Assembly: GCA_965261595.1 (NCBI GenBank)
Contig: CBDHDG010000006.1
Location: 480,001 to 544,000 of the forward strand
DNA length: 64,000 nt
Reading direction: 5' to 3'
Source: a bacterium
GTDB taxonomy: Bacteria > UBA8248 > JACPRG01 > G963555815
In this document: positions 19,059-29,020 of the stretch, one piece after another
Layout: each line of letters opens with the position of its first letter
Numbering within the stretch: the first letter of the stretch is position 1
Notes under the pieces: generated by a model
Database searches by the model: none
Seen by the model: only the letters and a program-made list of their open reading frames with translations
Told to the model about the DNA's origin: nothing
Made by a program: the position numbers and the translations under genes

Positions 19059-19685
19059 ATGACACCGGATGCCGGAGAAGTTCAAGGAGAAGTCCTCGAG
19101 GACCGAATCGTCGAGCCCCGGGGCCATTACGCACGGGAGGTCCGCCAGGGAGAGGTCCTTCGGATCATCGACATCCAAGGCCAGCAGGTGGCCGACTTCC
19201 TCGCCTTCAACCTCAACCGGCTGGAGGAGAGACTCTCGCCCGAGAACACGGTGAACCTGAACCGCTCGGTGTTCCCCAAGGTCGGCTACACGCTGTTTTC
19301 CGACGAGGCCGGAAAGCTCATGACCATCATCGCCGATACGTGCGGGGTCCACGACATGATCGCCGGGGCCTGCTCCCGGTTCACCAACGAGTACCGCTAC
19401 GGGGTGCCCGACACGCCCAACTGCCGGGACAACTTCGCCGCCGCCGTCAAACCCTGGGGCCTGAACTGGAAGGACGTTCCGTACAACATGAACGTCTTCA
19501 TGAACTGCCCCATCCAGCCCGACGGAACGTTCACCATTGAAACACCCAAATCCAAGGCGGGCGATTATGTCGATTTCCAGGCGGACATGGACGTCCTGGC
19601 GGCCATGTCCAACTGTCCGCAGGAGCGCAACCCCTGCAACTCGGGCGAGCTGAAACCCATGCGGGTCATCCACTACAAACCCTGA
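19059..19685 (+). CDS. DUF1989 / urea carboxylase-associated family protein
   Basis: QVADF, HDMIAGAC, NCRDNF, NVFM, SNCPQ..PCN. Confidence 0.9.
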   Translation: MTPDAGEVQGEVLEDRIVEPRGHYAREVRQGEVLRIIDIQGQQVADFLAFNLNRLEERLSPENTVNLNRSVFPKVGYTLFSDEAGKLMTIIADTCGVHDMIAGACSRFTNEYRYGVPDTPNCRDNFAAAVKPWGLNWKDVPYNMNVFMNCPIQPDGTFTIETPKSKAGDYVDFQADMDVLAAMSNCPQERNPCNSGELKPMRVIHYKP

Positions 19686-19757
19686 CGGGACCGTGACGAC
19701 GGCCGGCGGACACCCTTCAAACGCCCCCCCCCCCCCCGGCGCCCTGGAGACCGAGAC

Positions 19758-20582
19758 ATGCGCGGCTACAAAAACCCGGACCTTCTCTGGACCCCAGACC
19801 GGCTGCGGCGGACCCTGGACGGCGGCCCCCCCCTCCCTCCTCTGATTCTGGACATCCGGACGACGCAGGATTACGTGGCCGGGCACATCCCGGGCGCGGT
19901 CCACCTGGACCTCTTCGGCCTGTCCGTCCGGCACACCGGGCCGGAATCCCTGGACTCGTTCTTCTGGATGATGGAGGGCCTGTTCGGCAACCGGGGCGTC
20001 GATCACGGCAAGACCGTCGTCGTCTACGACGAACGGACGGGCACGAGAGCGGCGCGGGCCTTCTGGTTCCTGGAGTATTTCGGGCATGAAGACGTCCACG
20101 TCCTGGACGGCGGATACGACGCCTGGGAGATGGCCGCGCACCCCGTGAGCCGCGACCCGGTGATACCCGAGGGGGCGAGCTTCAAGGCCCGGCCGGTCGC
20201 GGACCGCCTCGCCACGGCGGAGACGATCCGGAAGGGACTCGACGACGGCGGATGCGTGGTCCTGGACACCCGCACCGACGGCGAGTATCACGGAACCGAG
20301 CTCCGCGCCAAGCGGGGCGGGGCGATCCCCGGCGCCGTCCACATCGAGTGGAAGAACAACGTCGAAGACGGCGCGTACAAGAACGCGGAGGACCTCGCCG
20401 CCCTCTACGCGCCGGCCGGCGTGACGCCGGACAAGGACGTATCGGCCTACTGCCAAGGCGGGTACCGCTCGGCTCACGCCTACCTCGCCCTCAGGCTGTT
20501 GGGGTACGAAAAGGTCCGGAACTACATATCGTCCTGGGCCGAATGGGGAGAGCGCGAGGAGCTGCCGATCGAGACGCCGTAG
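19758..20582 (+). CDS. Tandem-domain sulfurtransferase (rhodanese, SseA/CysA-like)
   Basis: GHIPGA, LDGG, active loop YCQGGYRS, SWAEW. Confidence 0.9.
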   Translation: MRGYKNPDLLWTPDRLRRTLDGGPPLPPLILDIRTTQDYVAGHIPGAVHLDLFGLSVRHTGPESLDSFFWMMEGLFGNRGVDHGKTVVVYDERTGTRAARAFWFLEYFGHEDVHVLDGGYDAWEMAAHPVSRDPVIPEGASFKARPVADRLATAETIRKGLDDGGCVVLDTRTDGEYHGTELRAKRGGAIPGAVHIEWKNNVEDGAYKNAEDLAALYAPAGVTPDKDVSAYCQGGYRSAHAYLALRLLGYEKVRNYISSWAEWGEREELPIETP

Positions 20583-20727
20583 ATTGCAAGGGCGCGCGGC
20601 CGGACGGGCGACAGCAGGATCGCTGATCCGATTGAAAGAAACAGGGCGGATGAATCACCATCCGATGACCTCGGCAGGCCGGGCCTCCCGCCCGGTCCTT
20701 CATTCCAGAATTCATCCAAAATCCCGC

Positions 20728-22119
20728 TTATAAATAATCTTCCAGCTTCACCTCATCCAGGAACGGGTATTCCAGAAGCTCGTATTCCGACCGGTCCACG
20801 CCTTCCGGGATGGTGGCGTCGATCCCCATCTTGGACGTGGTGGGCAGCGCGCCCTTGGGGAGCTGCGAGGCCCGAAGCGTGGGGTCCAGGTGCTTGCCGC
20901 GCGCGCCCGAGATGATGATCACGTCCTCGTCCGGCCGCACCCGGAAGGCCATCGCCCGTTCGAGATCCATCCAGTCGGTGATGTCCACGTCATCATCGGT
21001 GACGATGACCAGCTTGACGGCGTGCAGGGCCATGAGCGCCAGCAGGGCGTTCTTGCCCTCGCCCGGGCGTTTTTTGATGGACGCGAACAGGTGCCAGTAG
21101 CAGCAACTCGCCGGGGTCGAGTAGACCGCCGTCGTCTGGACGCTCGCCTCCCGCAGCGCCCGCCAGCCGGCCGCCTCCATGGGCGGCGCCTCCAGCCAGT
21201 CGTTCTCCCAGGGCATGAAAACAGTCTGGAAGATGGGGTCCTTCCTGTGGGTGATCGCCTTGACCTTGAACACCGGGTTCCAGCGAATCGAGCACTGGTG
21301 CCCCGTGAAGTCCCCGTACCGGCCCTCGTCGATGGTCCAGCCGTCGGCGGAGATCTCCCCTTCCAGGACGATCTCGGCCGAGGCCGGAACTTCCAGGTCC
21401 AGGGTGGCGCACTTCGTCAGTTGGACGGGCTCGCCGTAGAGCCCCCCCGCCACCGCGAACTCGTCGAACCCCGGCGGAGCCTTGTAGGCGGCGGAAAGGA
21501 TCTCGGGAATGCCCGTTCCCAGGGCGATGGCGATGGGAAGCGGCTCCCCCCGGTCGAGCGCCCGCTGATACGTGAACCGCATGTCCGAGGGCGACACCAG
21601 GTCGATCCCCGTCTCGTTGGGCGTGCGGTACATCAGGCGATAGCAGCCGACGTTGCGGCGCCCCTCTTCATCCTTGCAGACCGCGATCCCGGCGGAGATG
21701 TATGGGCCGCCGTCCTTTCGGTGCTGGAAGGGAATGGGGATCTCCGTCAGGTCCACCTCGTCCCCCACTTTCACGACCTCCTGGACGGGACCGTCCGGAA
21801 CGATTTCGGCGGGAATCGGGCGCTCCAGGGCGTCCATGAAGACCCGGCCCAGGACCTTCTCGTCGCTGGCCAGGCCCAGGGCCAGACGCCTCCGGGACCC
21901 AATCAGCCCGCCGACAACGGACATGCCGTAGTCCGCGACGTTCTCGAAGAGGACGGCCTGATTGGACTTGGAGAGAAGGGTGTGCATGTACTTCGGAGGG
22001 ACGGGCTTTTTGATCCGGAGCAGCTCCCCGTTCGCCTCCAGGTGATCCAGCAGGCCGCGCATGTCCCGGTAGGGGATCCGGCCGCTCATGGCGGCGCGCC
22101 CGCCGTTTTTGCCGTTCAT
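20728..22119 (-). CDS. UbiD family prFMN-dependent (de)carboxylase
   Basis: DGGPYI, NVGCYR, AEIVLEG, EGRYGD, VTDDDVD, KMGIDAT. Start may be 22089. Confidence 0.92.
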   Translation of the reverse strand: MNGKNGGRAAMSGRIPYRDMRGLLDHLEANGELLRIKKPVPPKYMHTLLSKSNQAVLFENVADYGMSVVGGLIGSRRRLALGLASDEKVLGRVFMDALERPIPAEIVPDGPVQEVVKVGDEVDLTEIPIPFQHRKDGGPYISAGIAVCKDEEGRRNVGCYRLMYRTPNETGIDLVSPSDMRFTYQRALDRGEPLPIAIALGTGIPEILSAAYKAPPGFDEFAVAGGLYGEPVQLTKCATLDLEVPASAEIVLEGEISADGWTIDEGRYGDFTGHQCSIRWNPVFKVKAITHRKDPIFQTVFMPWENDWLEAPPMEAAGWRALREASVQTTAVYSTPASCCYWHLFASIKKRPGEGKNALLALMALHAVKLVIVTDDDVDITDWMDLERAMAFRVRPDEDVIIISGARGKHLDPTLRASQLPKGALPTTSKMGIDATIPEGVDRSEYELLEYPFLDEVKLEDYL

Positions 22120-22184
22120 GGTTTGACTCCCTTTTTCCCGGTTGGCCGGATGGACGGCCGGACCTCAAGGTTCACACAGCGAGG

Positions 22185-22964
22185 TTAATTCATGTGCGAG
22201 CCGCCGTCCACCAGCAGGGTCTGGCCGGTGATGAAGTCCGCGGCGTCGGAGAGGAGGAAGACGACGGCGCCGACGATGTCCTCCGGAATCTGGCTGCGGG
22301 GAATGGCCCGGCCCGGGATCTGGGCGGCCTCGTCCTGGTCGACCAACTCGCCCCGGGCCGCGACAAGACTTTCGCTCCGCGTCAGTCCCGGGCCAATGGC
22401 GTTGACGCAGATCCCGTCTTTCCCCATCGACCGGGCGAGGACGCGCGTGAGGGTGATCACGGCCCCTTTCGAGACGGTGTAGTGGGCGAAGACCGGCGCG
22501 CCCTTGAACGGGACGCCCGAGGTGATGTTGATGATCTTCCCGAGGCCCGGACCGCCCGGCTCGCGGCCCTTCAGGTAGGGATAAACCGCCCTCGAAGTCA
22601 GCCAGGCGCCCTTGACGTTGACGGCCATCATCTTGTCCCATTCCTCGACGGTGACTTCGTCGAACGCCGCGTACCGCATGTCCGCGAAATAGGCGGCGTT
22701 GTTGAGGAGTCCGTCGATCCGGCCGAACTTCTCTTGGGCGGCCTTGGCGAGGGCTTCGACGCTCTTCTCATCGGTAACGTCGGCCTTCACATAGATCCCC
22801 TCTCCGCCCGCGTTGCGGATCTCCTCCACGGTCCCTTCGCCGTCAAGGATGTCGGAGACCACAACCTTCCCGCCCTCGGCGGCGATCCCCTTGGCGTACA
22901 CCTTCCCGATCCCGCGCGCCGCGCCGGTCACGATCACGACTTTGTCTTTAAGCTGCACGGTCAT
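22185..22964 (-). CDS. Short-chain dehydrogenase/reductase
   Basis: TGAARGIG, NNAA, YTVSK. Confidence 0.92.
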   Translation of the reverse strand: MTVQLKDKVVIVTGAARGIGKVYAKGIAAEGGKVVVSDILDGEGTVEEIRNAGGEGIYVKADVTDEKSVEALAKAAQEKFGRIDGLLNNAAYFADMRYAAFDEVTVEEWDKMMAVNVKGAWLTSRAVYPYLKGREPGGPGLGKIINITSGVPFKGAPVFAHYTVSKGAVITLTRVLARSMGKDGICVNAIGPGLTRSESLVAARGELVDQDEAAQIPGRAIPRSQIPEDIVGAVVFLLSDAADFITGQTLLVDGGSHMN

Positions 22965-23094
22965 TACTCCCTGAAAATCAACAAATGATTGACACAGTTT
23001 TCAGAGGGGCTTTTTTTAAAAACCGCCCCCCTGGAAGAAGTTGTTCATTATTTCGCGCTCCCATCAATAACGCACAAACAGTGGGCGCACCGCC

Positions 23095-23853
23095 TCACTT
23101 CATATAAGATCCGCCATCCACCATGAGCGTCTGGCCGGCGATGAAGTCGGCCCCCCCGGACAGGAAGAACACGATGGCCCCCACCAAGTCATCCGGCGTC
23201 TCGCTTCGGGGGATCGCGCGGGTATGGAGCATGTGCGCCTCCTCCTCGTCGAGCTCCGCTCCCCGGGCCGCCTGGAGGCTTTCGCTTCGCGTCAGTCCGG
23301 GGCCTACGCAGTTCACGCAGATTCCGTCCTTCCCCATTGAGCGGGCCAGGACGCGGGTGAGCGTCAGGACCGCGCCTTTGGACACCGTGTAGTGTGCGAA
23401 GTTGGGGTTGCCCTTGAAGGGGGTGCCGGAGGCGATGTTCACGATCTTCCCGGACCCCTGTGCTTTCATGTAGGGGTAGACCGCCTTCGAGGCCAGCCAG
23501 ACGCCCTTGACGTTGACGGCCATGACCGCGTCCCACTCCTCGACAGTGATCTCGTCGAACGGGCAATACCGTACGTCGGCGAAGATCGCGGCGTTGTTCA
23601 CGAGCCCATCGATCCGGCCGAACCGGGAGTGGACGGCTTCGGCCAGGACCTCGACGTTCTTCTCATCCGAGACGTCGGCGCGGACGTACATCGCCTCACC
23701 GCCCGCCTTTCGGACCTCCTCGACAGTCTCCTCGCCGTCCAGGATATCCGAGACCGCGACCCGGCCCCCCGCCTCGGCGATGCCTCGGGCGTAGACCTTC
23801 CCGATCCCTCGCGCCGCGCCGGTGACGATGACGACTTTATCTTGAAGCAGCAT
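23095..23853 (-). CDS. Short-chain dehydrogenase/reductase, tandem paralog of 22185-22964
   Basis: Same motifs; long identical stretches such as LTRVLARSMGKDGICVN. Confidence 0.92.
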   Translation of the reverse strand: MLLQDKVVIVTGAARGIGKVYARGIAEAGGRVAVSDILDGEETVEEVRKAGGEAMYVRADVSDEKNVEVLAEAVHSRFGRIDGLVNNAAIFADVRYCPFDEITVEEWDAVMAVNVKGVWLASKAVYPYMKAQGSGKIVNIASGTPFKGNPNFAHYTVSKGAVLTLTRVLARSMGKDGICVNCVGPGLTRSESLQAARGAELDEEEAHMLHTRAIPRSETPDDLVGAIVFFLSGGADFIAGQTLMVDGGSYMK

Positions 23854-23932
23854 GCCTCAACGCCCTCTCCCCGTCCCGCGGGCACAAGTCGCACCGCTCC
23901 ATCCGGACCGGCCCCGTTCGTCAATCCGTCCC

Positions 23933-24819
23933 TTACAAACCCCGCCACCAGACGACCACCTTCTCCGCCCAGACGAGAAGGCCGAACAGGATCAGGGACA
24001 TGACGGTGAGCATGACCAGGGCGGCGAACAGGACCGCCATATTGAGCTGGCTGCTGGTGATCAGGATGACGTTGCCCAGGCCGTGCTCCGCTCCGACGAA
24101 CTCCCCGATGATGGCGCCGATGATGGCGAGGGGCAGGGCGATCTTGGCCCCGTCGAAGATGTAGGGCAGGGAGTAGGGCATCCGGATCTTCCAGAAAATC
24201 TGAGCCGGGGACGCCCGCATCACCTGGACCAGCTCGACCATGTTCTTGGGAACATCCGTCAACCCCGAGAGGGTGTTGACAACGATGGGAAAAAACGCGA
24301 TGAAGAAGGCCATCACGAACTTCGGCATCAACCCCATCCCGAACCACACCGTCAGCACCGGCGCGATGGCCACCTTGGGAACCGCCTGGAAGGCGATCAG
24401 CATCGGGTAAAGCCCCTTGCGCAAGAATATCGAGTACCCGATTCCGACGGCGAGGTCCACCCCTCCAACCACACCCCAGACGAACCCGACCAGCGTCTCG
24501 ATCATGGTCACCTGGAGGTTCTTGAGGAGGTACGGGAAAAACTCGATCAGCGCGAGGACGATGTTCGTGGGGCTCGGGAGGATGTAGTCGGGCATGCCGG
24601 AGTAGCTGCTCACCTCCCAGATGACGAACAGCCCCCCCCACATGACGATCCCGGGGACGGACCCCCGCAAGGCTGCCTTCGCCTTTCCGCCCGCGACTTC
24701 CTTCCCGGACGCGCCGAGCGCCGCGGGGGGGGGGGGAGGGGGGAGAGGCTCTCCCCTACCCCTTCCCCTTCCTCCCCGGCGGTCACTTCGGTTCTGTGTT
24801 CAGCCTGATTTTGCGTCAC
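23933..24819 (-). CDS. NitT/TauT-type ABC permease; probable start 24819 needs a frameshift in the G12 tract (24725-24736), otherwise starts at 24670 or 24643
   Basis: ILPSP, PKVAIAP, IIGEF..A..GLG; the permease frame hits a stop at 24802. Confidence 0.8.
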
Positions 24820-24825
24820 TTCGGG

Positions 24826-25861
24826 TTACATCTTTCCGGGTAGGAAATCATTCGTGTAAAGGTCTTGCGCCTTCAGCGCCGCCTTGACCTTGAACCCTTC
24901 ACGGATGGTGTCGAGGGTCAGCTTGATCTTGGCCGCCTGAATGTTTCCGGCCCCCTCCTTCTCCCACCGGTCCCACTCGATCATGCTGTCCACCAGGGTG
25001 TCAATCTGCAAGCGGGTGACCTGTTTGTCCAGGATCGGGTGGGCCTTCATCAGGCTCTTGTAGGCCGCTTCGCGATCTTTCCGGGTCGCCCAGAACCCCC
25101 GATACGCCGCCTTGAGGAAGCTCCGGACCACCTTTGCGTCCTTCTCAAGCCTCTCCTCGTTGGCCCAGAACGTCATGCTGTAGATGTCGAGGCCAAATTT
25201 CCGGAAGGGCATGAAGTTGACCGTCTTCCCTCTCGCTTTGGCCTTGGTCATGGAGATTTCCTTCGAGCTGGCCTCCCACATGTCCGAGAGCTGGAACTTG
25301 CCCGCGAGGAACTGCGTGTGACCCACGCCGGGCTGGACCGTGATGACCCGCATGGTGGCGTAGTCCGCCCCGCTCCTGGCCATCATGATGGGAAGAAGCT
25401 GCCGCGTAATCGTGAAGGCCGAAAGGCCGATGGTCTTCCCTTCCAGGTCCTTCGGGTGGCTGAGGCGAATCGGCGACAGGGCGCCGACGCCCACGGGGCT
25501 ACTGTCCATGAACACCCCGATGACCCTGGTGGTCCCGCCCTTCGCCCGGGCAGGACGACGGCGGCCATGTCGCCGTAACCGAACTCCGTCTTTCCCGCGG
25601 CCACTTCGCCCGCCGTCTTGTTCGACCCGTAGCCCCGGATGATCTTGAGGTTGATTCCCGCTTCCTTGAACCAGCCCTGATTCAGTGCGTGGAAAACGGG
25701 CGCGGCCGTTCCTTCCGGAATCCAGTTCGTCGTCAGCGTCCGGTCGACGGCCCCGGCGGCCCCGGCGGACCCCTGGGCGAACCCGGACAGGGCCAGACCG
25801 CAAACCACCAAAACCGCCGCCGGAAAACGCCCTCGACCGACTTTTGCTTTCTTCATCATCT
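24826..25861 (-). pseudogene. NitT/TauT (NMT1/THI5-like) substrate-binding protein, frameshift near 25551
   Basis: Signal peptide and N-terminal part (GWFKEAGI..GYGS..FGYGD) in ORF 25383-25898; remainder (PKDLEGKTIG..YTNDFLP) in ORF 24826-25803. Confidence 0.8.
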
Positions 25862-25914
25862 TTCTCCCTTGATTGGGTGGTTGGCCGGGCCCCATCACCC
25901 GTCCCTCGCGAAGC

Positions 25915-26748
25915 TCAGGAAAACCGCTTCTTGTCTGCCGTGGCTTCCATGCCCTGTTTGGTCTCGGGATCCTCGAGGCCGAGCATCGAACCGATTTGCA
26001 CTTCCATCGCCTTGAAGGCGTCCTCTGTTTTGGTCTTCAAGATTCGAGGCTGATCCAGATCCACCGGGAGGATGTCCATGACCTTTCCGGGCCTGGCCGT
26101 CATGACCACAACCCGTTCGGCCAGGAGGATGGCCTCCGGAATGCTGTGGGTGATGAACAGAATCGTCGTCCGCGTCTCTTCCCAGATTCGCAGCAGGACG
26201 AACTGCATGCGATCCCGCGTCAGGGCGTCGAGGGCCCCGAAGGGCTCGTCCATCAGGAGTATCGGGGGGTCGCTGAGAAGCGCCCGCGCCAGCGCGACGC
26301 GCTGCTACATGCCGCCCGACAGCTCGTGCGGGTAGGCCTTCTCAAAACCGTCGAGACCCGTGAGATGAAGCAGGTCCCGGGTGCGCTCGGCCGCCTGGGC
26401 CATCGGGAGCCGGCAGACCTCGGCCGTCAGCATGACGTTATCGAACACGCTTCGCCACGGAAGGAGCGTCGCCTGCTGGAAGACAAAACCGATGTCCGCC
26501 TCGGACTCCTCGATAGAGCGGCCGCTCAGGCTGATCTCGCCCGAGGTGACCGGGATGAGGCCCGCGATGAGCCGGATGAGGGTGCTCTTCCCGCAGCCGC
26601 TCGGTCCCACGATGGTGAGAAGCTCACCCTCGCCGATTTCGAAGTCCATGCCGTCCAACGCCGTGACGGAACCGGTGCGGCCCTCAAAAACCTTACAGAG
26701 CCGGCGGCATTCAATCAAAGCCGTCGCGCTTGCGGCCACCATGAACAC
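25915..26748 (-). pseudogene. ABC ATPase with in-frame TAG (26307-26305) in the signature motif
   Basis: GPSGCGKS, LSGGM*QRVALARAL, LMDEPFGALD, ITH; both ORF pieces are in the same frame. Confidence 0.88.
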
Positions 26749-26832
26749 ACCTTTTCTCTTCAGCCGGGATCTCTTTGTCGATATCTCCCGGGATTATACA
26801 TGCAATTCGGAGGATTGGCTCTTCCTCCATGC

Positions 26833-27888
26833 CTACCCCGAGTCCACCTCCACCCCCAGTTCCCGCATGAACCGCCGGTAGGCCAGGGCCACGGCGTCCG
26901 GGCCTTTGAGGTGGAACTCTTCGGCCAAGTCCAGGGGCAGCTCCCAGGGGCGTTGGTTCTCGACGATAGGCTCGTCCTGATCGGCAATGGTGTCCATGGT
27001 CCTGACGGCCGCCGGGATCTCGAGGCCGTCGTCCCGCTTTCCCTCCGCGTCCTCCATCCACATGTCGTACTGCTCCACCCAGACCGGGCCGTGCCTGATT
27101 TCCGGGGCGTCCAGGTTGTAGTTCCGCCCAACCAGCTCGTACCGCGTGCTCTCGTTGATGGAGTGGGGCGTCACCGGATAGAAGAACACCTCCGTGTCCC
27201 CGTTCTCCTCGACCTTCCATTGGTAGATGGTGAACGGCCGGGTCACACGGTAGTTCCGCACATGGGGGAGGTGGTGCAGTCCGTCGGGGATGTTTTGAAG
27301 CTCGAACCGGAGGGACTCCCCTTCCCGCCGGATATCCACGAGCGAGACCTCTGTATGTTCGCGGTCCCCCAGGATCCCCTCGTGCACCCAGGGAAAGTGG
27401 CCGAAATCGATGAAGTTTTCAATCGACCGGGCGGCGCTGCACTTCCAGAACTTTCGCTGCCGGAAAAAGATCCGGTAGTCCGGGTCGTCGTGGGCCGGGA
27501 ACGCCGGGATGGGCGCGCGCGGCGCTTCGGAAAGACAGACCCACACCAGACCGTGGGCCTCCTCGGCGGGGTAAGGCGTGAGACAGGCCTTCCTGGGGAT
27601 GGGGTGACCAGGCGGAACGGATGGGATGCGGACGCATTTTCCGCCCGCCTCATACGCCCAGCCGTGATAGGCGCAGACGAGGGTCTCCCCCTCCACCCAG
27701 CCGAGGGAGAGCGGGGTCCCCCGGTGGATGCAGAGGTCCTGATAGGCCCGCACCTGACCGGCAATCCGGCAGACGACGACCTTCTCGTCCAGCAGCTTGA
27801 CGGCCAGGGGCTTGTCCGTCGCCTCCTTCGACCAACAAACCGGGTGCCAATACTCCCGCAAAGCCGGCCACAGGGCGGTTTCGTCCAC
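26833..27888 (-). CDS. Rieske non-heme iron oxygenase (VanA/NdmA-like), paralog 1
   Basis: CIH..CAYH, ENFIDFGHFPWVH, QD..IVENQ. Confidence 0.92.
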   Translation of the reverse strand: MDETALWPALREYWHPVCWSKEATDKPLAVKLLDEKVVVCRIAGQVRAYQDLCIHRGTPLSLGWVEGETLVCAYHGWAYEAGGKCVRIPSVPPGHPIPRKACLTPYPAEEAHGLVWVCLSEAPRAPIPAFPAHDDPDYRIFFRQRKFWKCSAARSIENFIDFGHFPWVHEGILGDREHTEVSLVDIRREGESLRFELQNIPDGLHHLPHVRNYRVTRPFTIYQWKVEENGDTEVFFYPVTPHSINESTRYELVGRNYNLDAPEIRHGPVWVEQYDMWMEDAEGKRDDGLEIPAAVRTMDTIADQDEPIVENQRPWELPLDLAEEFHLKGPDAVALAYRRFMRELGVEVDSG

Positions 27889-28117
27889 AATGCTCCCCCG
27901 AATCAAGCCATAATGCTACCTCTCGGCCGGAAAAAAATCAATCAATCGGAGTGCGCTCGCTGGCCGGAAACGCCTGTCCCAAACGGAACTCCTCTTCGTT
28001 TGCGTCGGGATCCATGCCGACCCGGCAAGCCTCCATCCGGGCCGGGTTTCCGGCCGTGTCGCATTGCGCTAAAGTCCTTCTTCTGAGGGAGACCGATTTT
28101 CCAAAGGGGGCGGGCGA

Positions 28118-29020
28118 ATGAGCACCTTCCCGCAAGAGCTTCTGGCGCGGGACGAGAAGAAGACCTCCGCCGTTGGGTGGCGGAGTTCTCGGGATTTCGC
28201 CACGGACGACTCAACCCTGAAGCGTTGGAGGAAACCGGCGAGCACCTCATCCATCTTCTCACGGAGCTCGGCCTCCCGGCCGGGACACGAGGATGACCAA
28301 CCCGCCCTCCTGGTCGGGGCGCATTACGACGGGATGGCGGGAACCCCCGGCGCGGATGATAACGCCAGCGGGGTGGCGGCTCTTCTGGCTGTTGCCAAGG
28401 CCCTGAGCACAACCCCAATCAGCAAGCCGGTCGAATTCGTGGGTTTCACACTGGAGGAGCCACAACATAGAACAGACGGTCGGTTCCGCCACGGGAGTCG
28501 GCGCTTTGCGAAGGACGCCCACCGAAGCGGACGGAAGTACGCGGGGGTCTACATCCTCGAATCGGTGGGGTGCACCGACGCCCGGTTCGGAAGCCAGCGG
28601 GTTCCCATGCGCACCGCGATCCCGGTCCCGGACGCCGGGACGTTCCTGTGCGTCGTCGGAAACCGGCGTAGCCGCGACCTGATGTGGCACTTCGGAAAGG
28701 CGGCCAAAGACCACGTTCCCGATCTGACGACCATTTCGTATCAGGCCCCGTTCAGCGGCCGCATTCTCCCGATGACGCGGTGGAGCAATCACGCGCCCTT
28801 CTGGGACCGGGGCTATCCCGCCCTGATGCTGACCGATACGGTCCCCTTGCGGAACCCCCATTACCACCAGCCGACGGACACGCCCGATACGCTCGATTAC
28901 GATTTCCTGACCCGCGTCACCCGGGCGCTTCTCGCGGCGATCCTCTGTTTCGACGTTCACTGCGCGGAGGGGCGAGAATGGGAAAAACCCCCACAAACCG
29001 CCCTGGGAGATTTCGAATGA
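28118..29020 (+). pseudogene. M28 family peptidase, degraded N-terminus
   Basis: GAHYD, GADDNASG, EE, YH..TD present. The natural-looking N-terminus is in another frame, and SDH is changed to SNH. Confidence 0.7.

Noticed and set aside
26305..26307. In-frame TAG as pyrrolysine or recoding
   Set aside because: It sits at a conserved Gln (CAG to TAG) in the ABC signature and neighbouring genes are also damaged; nonsense mutation is simpler.
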